Below the pieces are notes generated by a model that ran no database searches, was not told the origin of the DNA, and was given only the letters and a program-made list of their open reading frames with translations. DNA of 64,000 bases from positions 32,001 to 96,000 of the forward strand of contig JBFGLM010000009.1 in NCBI GenBank assembly GCA_041576165.1, given 5' to 3'. Positions within the stretch are counted from its first letter, which is position 1. The number at the start of each line of letters is the position of its first letter. This stretch comes from Acidimicrobiia bacterium. Lineage in GTDB: Bacteria > Actinomycetota > Acidimicrobiia > Spongiisociales > Spongiisociaceae. Below, piece by piece: positions 30,201 to 36,898 of this stretch. The position numbers and the translations under genes are program-made.

Positions 30201-30493
30201 CGCAACTGGATCGGCCCGCCCTCGCGGCGAGTAGCGGCGCGGTTGCATACCACGATCTCGGCCGCCGACGCCAGCGCAGCTCCAGCGCTCGTGAAAACCG
30301 CCATGACGCCGTCGCCCGTCCCCTTCACGACGCGGCCCTGGTGACGCTTGATGACCTCAATCTGCGTCGATTCCACCATTTCGCGCAGCTTCTCGGCCTT
30401 CGCGTCGCCAAGACGCCGTCTGCCCTCGGTGGAACCGACCACGTCGGTGAACAAGACAGTGGCCGTTCCGAGCTGGCTTTGTTCCACTGCCAT
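27299..30493 (-). CDS. class III nucleotide cyclase - AAA (STAND) ATPase - helical repeat protein
   Basis: TVLFTDVVGST, KGTGDG, RVGLSAGDV, FGTPVVEAARLC; Walker A GQAGVGKTRL; IDDVQWAD; GHPFFVSEL; start set at ATG 30493. Confidence 0.85.
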   Translation of the reverse strand: MAVEQSQLGTATVLFTDVVGSTEGRRRLGDAKAEKLREMVESTQIEVIKRHQGRVVKGTGDGVMAVFTSAGAALASAAEIVVCNRAATRREGGPIQLRVGLSAGDVSQVGGDVFGTPVVEAARLCAAAADDEILVSDVVRTLAGSWEGFPLIDRGDIELKGLGSVRCWALDWSETPIPAPAGVGILVDEEFPFVGRVRELKVLHDIWMEVTAGACVAVFLVGQAGVGKTRLLVETAREIRAAGGLVLSGRCEEGMTAPLLPFQGAVDMYLRNQDAATVKADAGPYLDEVGRHFPAFAAHAGVSVGTPDPDAETERWRLLAGLNRIVREAASRQATALLIDDVQWADPATRILLERMLHQADGGAVGLFVTCRDGAGEPGNEGATWLGSLERLPQVQVLEVGGLDADDLRLLVDRSQANVDAEALWEQTAGHPFFVSELVRYARDHSESSAAVPRSIQALLESRVGRLGDATVDLLTTGAVAGAEFDLGLIAEITGLGERDAVHAVEEAAAARFLIEVPNRFDRYQFTHRLMVDVITANTSRSRRTRIHRDLAAALEQRGGPSAEVAHHLLAATPLVGKADAIGATRSAAKEAVTKGSPDQAVSLLEGALAIADDPVVRAELALEIGNALNFAGRAAAGVPWFEGAAAGAIEQDQFDLLTEAALGCWAGNPWYANFDPRAPQLLQAALERCPADDRLSRARLQAGLAAFSIFTAPLGERDRVTAEAVALARDEPNPATLAATLVTRHIAINCPLALEEVDRIEQELAEMSAHTNTGLPQLLDVPVAAGYSTGVSCPQYWRADGEAYRAVVAALEPDDPRTPDWIATVGFQLEAAVAIVEGRLPLAKTAADRAAEIGGWGDSSLGTHMWQRLVIDWLEGDIAASRQRVAALHERFGGQPTRCTLAWTEAAGGNESAARELLHRVRLDRLPRLPELFLGSIALATCAMAVWHLGDPAWAEAAITAFEPVSDLMSGVPWTPLPAGQFFVGLMHTILGDAAAADATFTAAAAIHQRLQAPAFTALTQAAHGGALAESDPARSVDLLSRARATAETLGLGGVLDMASSRR

Positions 30494-30846
30494 TGAGCCT
30501 ACCGATGGCCGGTCGAACGCGGCGTGGCCGCTACGTGCTCGGAGCCACCACCCGGCATCTGAGGACGGCCTGTGCCTACTCAGGCCGACCACCTGGGCCG
30601 CCCCGTCATCCTCGGCCTCGTGGTCACAGGCCTCCCCATCGCCCGGAACATGGGCCCTGCCCGTCGAGTCCGAATCGATACACGGTGACGATCCAACAAC
30701 CGGCGGCGTATGCCGCCGCGCCCATCGGCTGCTCTGACCCACACGAGACCATCCCCGATCACCCGCTCTGCTCGATAACGAACCGACACGTGAAGCGAGC
30801 CGATCGGCACCTCGGCGCTCGGTCGAGGCGAGGTGTCGCGTCGGCT

Positions 30847-31485
30847 TCATGGCGACGTAGCAACGGTCTCGATTTGTCGGCAGGTGGCTTCGAGCGCAGC
30901 ATCCCGATCGACGAGTTCTGACAGCTCTTGCGACCGGGTCGCCGTGTCCCAGCTGAGGGACAACTCCACCGCTTGCAGGGCCCGCGTGCCGCGGAAACGA
31001 CCCATGGGGAGGAGACCACCTGCTCCCAGGTCGGCCAGGCGCGAGCCGTTGTCTGGCTGATCGAACCCTGAGTAGGGCCACGAGGTGGGGGATGCCGGCT
31101 GCGAGTGCCTGCGCGATGCTGCCAATGCCGCCGTGGGATACCAGGGCGCGTGATCGGGGTAGCAGCCGCGTGAACGGCGCGTAGGTTTCGTGACGAATCG
31201 TCGGTGGCAACGAATTTGGTACCACGGAGGCGTCGCGGGTCACGAAGACCCCACGAAGGTCCAGGGTTGCACAGATCGACTGGGCCGTGCGGAAGAATGT
31301 GGCGGCGCGGATGTTGGCGGTGCCGGCGGTGAACACCACGGGCGGTGTCCCCCGGGCGATCCAAGCCTCCAGCTCGCCGCCGAGCGGTTCGGCATCGTCG
31401 TAGAGCGGGAACCCGGTGAGGCGTACGAATTTCGGCCAGTCGGGCTGCGGCGGGCCATACCACTCGGGGAACAAACCGAGATGGC
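30847..31485 (-). pseudogene. GT1 (RhlB-like) glycosyltransferase C-terminal fragment, frameshifted
   Basis: GLFPEWY.PPQPDWP, TGFPLYD, VFTAGTAN, HGGIGSIAQALAAGIP then FDQPDNGSRLADLG in another frame. Confidence 0.75.
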
Positions 31486-31570
31486 GGAGCGGGCCGGGAT
31501 CGAGAAGCGGGTCCATCCGGATGGCCTGCGGCATACGATGGCGTTCGAGCTGATGATGGAAGGCGTTGCA
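31481..31570 (+). pseudogene. tyrosine recombinase C-terminal fragment
   Basis: AERAGIEKRVHPDGLRHTMAFELMMEGV resembles the HPHxLRH box II (His to Asp). Confidence 0.65.
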
Positions 31571-31838
31571 TGTCTCCTTCGACCTTCACCCTAAAAGGGC
31601 GATGACGCCGGCTTTGCATGACATGGAATCCCGGTTCGTGCCCCGCTTCGCCTAATGAGCTCCATGCCGCCGACGGAGAACGCGTCATGCGCGCCAAATG
31701 GGAGTGTTAGATCGGCCGCGAAAAGCGCTCAAACTCTCGCAATGGCACCCGGACCCAGATGGCTCTGATCCGGATCGATATCACGCCGTGTCCGACTCGC
31801 GCAGACCGGCAGCTCCGTGCGACGTCATGGCAGAGGTG

Positions 31839-32120
31839 TCACACCTGTTCGATGATTGCCCCGTACCGTTGCTGCGCCGCCTGCGCAGAAGTTCCGAGCA
31901 GCTCGCCGATCCTCGCCCAAGAGATACCGGCAGCACGTGCCGCGGCCACTGCGTCGAGGATCTGACGTTCGCTCCGGGCGCGGGCCATCGCGGCCCGCTG
32001 GAGCGAATACTCTTCGATGGGCGATTCGTCGCCCTCGGCTGGCTCGTAGTCTTCGAATCGCTGCGCCAGCTCGTCGGCGTGGTCGAGGATCTCTTGGATA
32101 GATCTAGGCATCACGGTCAC
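31839..32120 (-). CDS. putative antitoxin / small HTH protein
   Basis: Acidic N-terminus plus AVAAARAAGISWARIGELLGTSAQAAQQRY HTH; GTGA overlap with upstream gene. Confidence 0.7.
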   Translation of the reverse strand: MTVMPRSIQEILDHADELAQRFEDYEPAEGDESPIEEYSLQRAAMARARSERQILDAVAAARAAGISWARIGELLGTSAQAAQQRYGAIIEQV

Positions 32121-32338
32121 CTCAGAAATCGTGGTCGGGCCGCCATGGCGTGAACAATGAACTCGATACCTTCACCGACCGCCACGCCTATCTCGAGCAT
32201 GCGCCCAGCTTGGTCGGGGCCGATCAGCATGACGAGATCGTCGAGATCGAAAACTCGGATGGGGTTGCGGTAGGCATGAAGCATGTCGTTGTCACGGACC
32301 CCGTGCTTGCGGGCGCTCATCAGGATCACCGGATCCAC
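32117..32338 (-). CDS. putative small toxin (RelE/BrnT-like fold)
   Basis: 73 aa; SARKHGV..DMLHAYRNP...LIGPD..GRMLEIG...IVHAM.ARPRFL; coupled to HTH gene. Confidence 0.6.
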   Translation of the reverse strand: MDPVILMSARKHGVRDNDMLHAYRNPIRVFDLDDLVMLIGPDQAGRMLEIGVAVGEGIEFIVHAMAARPRFLR

Positions 32339-33037
32339 GCCATCAACTTAGCTTGATGATCTTTGATTGTCCATGCGTGGTGTTGGTCCAGGGATCGTTG
32401 TCGGTAGCCGCAGCCCGGTCACCAGCCATGTCGTTCGTCAGGACGATGACCGTGCCACCTGGTGTGGGTTTGTGGGCGAGCTTGTTCTCGGCGCCCGAGC
32501 CGCTGCCTTCAACAAAGGCAACGCCAATTATCTTCAAGTCATGTCCGACTATCAGCGATGGGTCGAAGAGTCCCATCCCGAGTCGTATGACGAGATGTTC
32601 GTCCGGAGTTCACCCACCATGCTCCCGGAGAGCATGGAGTTGCAGAGCCAGATGATGGCCGAGTTACTTCGACACGGCAGCGTGACCGAACTAACCGATG
32701 GCGCCAGCGGAACTCGGTGAGACCGGGATGGGGCCGCACAGTGGAACCCGCTGGTCATCGGAGGCGGGTCTGAACAGCTCAGGCGCGTGCTTCGGTATCT
32801 ATCCGGCGTCTTCGCCTCGTCGTGGGAGTCGGTCAAACATGTCAACGAGCTGTTGGAGCGCTCTCCACGCACGCTCATGGTGAGTATCCATAGCCTTCAG
32901 GATCTCTCGCTCGGGATCAGGCTCATGTTCCTGTCTCCACCGAGGCTCGGTGAGCTGGCCCATAGTGGGTCGGAGGTAGCCGAGGTGGTAGCAAGATCTG
33001 ATTTCGTTGACGCCTCGGGCCACAAGCCCGCAAGTGT

Positions 33038-33200
33038 GAGGAGAACGATCACCGAACGCCGCCGATGCAAATCCGCACCCACGTAAGGTGTCATCAGAGA
33101 GTCTCCTCGCATCGGTTGTGATGACACCCCGAGTCTCGCCTCGGGACACAAGAGCGGGGAGGCTCCCGCTCTTCATCGCATCACGTCGAGGGGCGATTCA
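33038..33200 (-). mobile_element. IS110-family relic: upstream non-coding end plus first ~19 codons of the recombinase
   Basis: GAGGAG RBS then MTPYVGADLHRRRSVIVLL, resembling the first strand of the DEDD RuvC domain. Confidence 0.6.
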
Positions 33201-33398
33201 TAACTGCCGCATCGGTGGGGCCTCGAACGTGCGAGAGCCGTGTTGGTGCGCGTGGTCATGGGCGAGGCTCTCAGGAAGGATGGCCCTAGCGACGCCGACG
33301 TAGGAACCCTCATACTCGATAGCGGCAGCCGGGGCTGGGAACGAGTGGGTTCGCAATCCCGGTGATAGCCGGGATTGCGAAGATTGGGGGAGGTAGCT

Positions 33399-33890
33399 AT
33401 GAAGCGAGCGACTGTCGTTCTTCTGTTCGGCTTGCTGTTCATGACGGGGCTCACGTCCGTTGGCGCGGCACCGCCCGACAACCCGTTTGTCGGGTCGTGG
33501 GAGAGTGTCTATCTCGACGAGAGCAATGACATCGGCGAGCTACTCGGCGAGCGCGCCCTGAGGTTCCAGATTGGGGGCGGGAAGGGCCACATCCACGGTA
33601 CGGCCAACCCCACCGGTATCTGCTACGCGCAGTATGAGGAGTTGATGCGCAGTTCATCCCTGGGGTGGGGCGCCATCGTCAGCGAGGACCCATACGTCTT
33701 CGAAGGCTATGTGGATGTCTACTGCCACACCGAGCAGGGCAAGCAGCTGGCGTTCGAGGGCTTCCGGCTCGAGTACCAATACGATCCCGACACCGACACC
33801 CTCATCGCGCTTCACTACCCGGAAACGGCTCAGTTCAACTGCCTGTGGCGATCTGGTTCGGATCGGTCAGTCTGCCCGCCATCCGAGTGA
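33399..33890 (+). CDS. secreted hypothetical protein
   Basis: GGGAGG RBS; signal peptide MKRATVVLLFGLLFMTGLTSVGA; PFVGSWES; four Cys. Confidence 0.7.
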   Translation: MKRATVVLLFGLLFMTGLTSVGAAPPDNPFVGSWESVYLDESNDIGELLGERALRFQIGGGKGHIHGTANPTGICYAQYEELMRSSSLGWGAIVSEDPYVFEGYVDVYCHTEQGKQLAFEGFRLEYQYDPDTDTLIALHYPETAQFNCLWRSGSDRSVCPPSE

Positions 33891-34025
33891 CGTAAGGAGA
33901 CAGACCACCGGGAGGGCGGAACCAGCGACAGCTCGTCGAGCGCCATGACCGAACCACCGAGCCGATCACCAGTCGGGCGCCCTAGCGAGCACTTCGCCGA
34001 GTGCTTGGTATCAGCACGTCGTGCG

Positions 34026-34424
34026 CTAGCGGTGGATGACAGTGGCGACACCGGGAAGGTCGGTGAATGCCTCCTGATCGGCGGTCACGATAGACCGATC
34101 GGTAGCTCGAGCGGTCGCAGCGATCAGCAGGTCGTGTGCACCGCGTGGGCGGCCCTGGTCGCGAACGGCGACAAGGAGGTCAGCGTGCTCGACCGCAACC
34201 TTGCGGTCGTAGGCAATGATGGGGAGCGACTCGAGGATCTCTTCGACGTAGACCTGGCGGGCATCCCGCCGCTTGCCAGAGGCAAGCCTGACTCCAACGA
34301 GCAGCTCGGCGACGGTGACGGCCGCAATGGCCACGTCGTCGTCATCGTCGATGGCATCGTCGAGGGTGACGTCGCCACGCGCGGCATCAATCAGGAAGGT
34401 AGTGTCGAGGAGGAGAAGACTCAT
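34026..34424 (-). CDS. vapC: PIN-domain toxin (VapC family)
   Basis: LLLDTTFLID, TVAELLVG, AHDLLIAATA, IVTAD..AF. Confidence 0.92.
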   Translation of the reverse strand: MSLLLLDTTFLIDAARGDVTLDDAIDDDDDVAIAAVTVAELLVGVRLASGKRRDARQVYVEEILESLPIIAYDRKVAVEHADLLVAVRDQGRPRGAHDLLIAATARATDRSIVTADQEAFTDLPGVATVIHR

Positions 34425-34663
34425 GCCCGGTCTTCAATCTCCAGCAGTCCTCGGAGATCGGTCAGTTCCTGCGACCACGCCGGATCGGGCCGGTGCCGGC
34501 GCAGGAGCGACTTGACTTCGGCGCCACGTCCGCTGGATATCGGTTCGAGATGCGCGACCGCCTTGCCGCGGCGAACGATGGTATAGCGCTCGCCGCGGTG
34601 TTCAACACCGTCGAGTAGATCGGCGAAGTGACGAGCAGCGTCAGTAGCAGTGATATCCGGCAT
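34421..34663 (-). CDS. Phd/YefM-family antitoxin
   Basis: ITATDAARHFADLLDGVEHRGERYTIVRRGKAVAHLEP; ATGA overlap with vapC. Confidence 0.9.
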   Translation of the reverse strand: MPDITATDAARHFADLLDGVEHRGERYTIVRRGKAVAHLEPISSGRGAEVKSLLRRHRPDPAWSQELTDLRGLLEIEDRA

Positions 34664-34965
34664 GTGATCAGATTATCAGATTCGAACTTCGAGATGAACG
34701 CCTTTGTCGTGCCGATCACCAAATCGGGTACACGAGCGAACCACTCGAGTGTTCGAGATCGGCACGTCGTGAGCAGTCCCTCGCTGCAGCACCGAGTGCG
34801 GCGTGGTGCGGCGTGTGCGCAGCGGCCGGCCGCCGCTCCTCGCGTTAGGCAATCCCACGCCGGTTGCCGGATCCCGGACGCTGGTGGGTGCGCGAGATTG
34901 CTCAGGGTGGTGCGTGAGCTGTGCGGCTGATTCCGGGTGCTGGTGGCTTCCGGCGGCGGGTCGGG

Positions 34966-35565
34966 TCAGAGTCCGAGCCTGGTGCGGATGGTGGCGCGGA
35001 TGGCTTGGAGGATGGTGGGGTCTTCGTGGAGGAGGTAGGCGATGTCGGCGCCGGTGAGCATGGTGCTGAGCTCGAGGGTGAGTTGTTCAGGATCGGTGTC
35101 GGTCGGTAGTTCGCCGGCTTCGATGGCTTGTTTGGCGTTCTCGGTGAGGAGACTGGTCCATTGCCTCTGTTCGTCGGCGACTCGGTCGCGGACAGGTCCG
35201 GGTCGGTTGCTGACTTCGGAAGCAACGGAAGCGAAGAAGCACCCGCCCGGGAACACGCGTCGTTCGACGTGATCGAGATACTCGAGGCACAGCGCGAGAA
35301 GCTGGTCTCGGCCGGGTAGAGCTTTGAGGGCGGGGCCGATGACCTCGTTGATGAACACGTGGCGGGCCTTGTCGATGGTGGCGAGTTGGAGCTCTTCTTT
35401 CGAACCGAAGAGCCCGAAGACGCCGCTCTTGCTCATCCCGCTCACTTCGGCCAACCGCCCGAGCGACAACCCGTCGAGGCCTTCGACGGTGGCGAGCTGG
35501 GCGGCGGCGTCGAGAATCGCTTCTCGAGACCGCTCGCCATCTGAGCGTGTCTTCCGGCTCGTCAT
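34966..35565 (-). CDS. TetR-family regulator
   Basis: SREAILDAAAQLATVEGLDGLSLGRLAEVSGMSKSGVFGLFGSKEEL; FPGGCFF. Confidence 0.93.
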   Translation of the reverse strand: MTSRKTRSDGERSREAILDAAAQLATVEGLDGLSLGRLAEVSGMSKSGVFGLFGSKEELQLATIDKARHVFINEVIGPALKALPGRDQLLALCLEYLDHVERRVFPGGCFFASVASEVSNRPGPVRDRVADEQRQWTSLLTENAKQAIEAGELPTDTDPEQLTLELSTMLTGADIAYLLHEDPTILQAIRATIRTRLGL

Positions 35566-35589
35566 CGGGGCCTTCTTGGTCGTATCACC

Positions 35590-35643
35590 TTGACAAGATA
35601 GCACGCACGGTCGTACGCTCTAATGACTTCGCACGATCGTGCG
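35590..35643 (+). promoter_or_regulatory. sigma-70-type promoter with probable TetR operators
   Basis: TTGACA 35590-35595, 18 bp, TACGCT 35614-35619; perfect palindrome CGCACGATCGTGCG 35630-35643; related CGCACGGTCGTACG overlapping the spacer and -10. Confidence 0.7.
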
Positions 35644-35663
35644 GACTAAGGGAAGGAGCAGCG

Positions 35664-36221
35664 ATGACCGACCAGCATTCCATTGTGGCGACCCGACAGG
35701 CACCACTGCGGCGGATCTACACCGGGGACGGCACCCAGGCGATCACGGTGAAACGGGTCCGCACCGTGCAGACCCCCACCACCGATGCGTGGCACGGCAC
35801 CGTCGAAGCCGTCGACTACCCAACCGTGCAATGGGAGTATGGGATCGACGCCAAAGTCGGCGGATACGACGATCTGCCCAACCCCGGGCACATACTCTGC
35901 GCAGCCCTCGCCGCCTGCATGGACAGCACCGTGCGCATGATCGCCGACCACCTCGGTGTGAGGATCGAGAACCTCGAGGTGGAAGTCGTCGGTGAGGTGG
36001 ACGTGCGCGGATGCATGGCCATGGACTCCACGGTCCGATCCGGATTCCAGCAGCTGCGATGCGAGATCCGGCTCCAACCCGCCACGGGAGTCGAGGAGCG
36101 ATTGGTCCGGATGCTGCTGCACCAAGCCGAGAAGCTCTGCGTCACCCTCGACACGCTCCGCACCGGTGTCCCAGTCGCCGTGGAGGCCCATCTGGGTGTC
36201 CCTGCCGAAACCCCGGCCTGA
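35664..36221 (+). CDS. OsmC-family protein
   Basis: GAAGGAG RBS; VGG..DLPNPGHILCAALAAC...DVRG...AEKLCVTLDTL. Confidence 0.85.
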   Translation: MTDQHSIVATRQAPLRRIYTGDGTQAITVKRVRTVQTPTTDAWHGTVEAVDYPTVQWEYGIDAKVGGYDDLPNPGHILCAALAACMDSTVRMIADHLGVRIENLEVEVVGEVDVRGCMAMDSTVRSGFQQLRCEIRLQPATGVEERLVRMLLHQAEKLCVTLDTLRTGVPVAVEAHLGVPAETPA

Positions 36222-36543
36222 CCGCAGTTCACCACGCCGATTACCAAATACGGCGCAGGAACGACGATTTCGCAGAGTGCGCTGGATCGGCAGTTATGGG
36301 GGTAATCGTGTCAAACGATTTCGAGATATGGGGGTAAGCGTGGTTCACGGGGTGTGCTGCTGGTTCGGTCGAGGAGCATCTGGAAGAGGTCGACGCAATG
36401 GTGTTGCCCGTGGGCGGCGCCGTGGTCGCGTTGAGCCTGGAGCACCGGTTCGAACGGCGCGCGGGCTCCCAGGTGGACAAGCTTCTCTTCCGATGCGTCA
36501 CGATCGTGTGCCGGTTCGAACGTAGTTCCGTCGGGGCTGCGCC

Positions 36544-36566
36544 GGTTTCGGCCTTCGGCCGAAGCC
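36544..36566 (+). terminator. GC-rich hairpin right after the attR-like repeat
   Basis: GGTTTCGGCC-TTC-GGCCGAAGCC; no U-tract. Confidence 0.4.
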
Positions 36567-36898
36567 GTCACCGAGTTTCCTGCGGGTGCATCACACCCTC
36601 AACGACCATGGCCGCCGTCGTCGCCTGGACCCGGCGCGTCGTCGCAGGTGTTGTAGGTGTTTGCGTATGCTCCCGGTCAGGTCGCCGTGCAAATGGTTCA
36701 GGATTTGTCTTATTGGGCCCCACCGCACGAGTTCCTTCGATCCGCTCAGCTGGCCAACGGCCTTTGCTGAGCTGCCCGGGCCGGGGCATACTCCTCTCCT
36801 AGCAGGGACCCTCGACGCGTGATCTGGGATCTCCACCCCTGACGGCCCGCCCCGCGCCGCATCGTGCACGCGTCCTACCAGCAGGAGCGAACACAGCA

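Larger units (their letters stand above)
26427..36541. mobile_element. decayed genomic island integrated at tRNA-Glu
   Basis: 14-bp direct repeat CCGTCGGGGCTGCG at 26427-26440 and 36528-36541; contains IS, integrase and gene relics plus TA pairs. Confidence 0.75.

Noticed and set aside
27299-31534. 1411 aa glycosyltransferase-cyclase-ATPase fusion ORF
   Set aside because: The GT part is a frameshifted fragment and the ~190 linking codons look non-coding; the real gene most likely starts at 30493
32343-33030. Short ORFs between the TA pair and the IS110 relic
   Set aside because: Partly protein-like but with no start signals or motifs; probably gene debris
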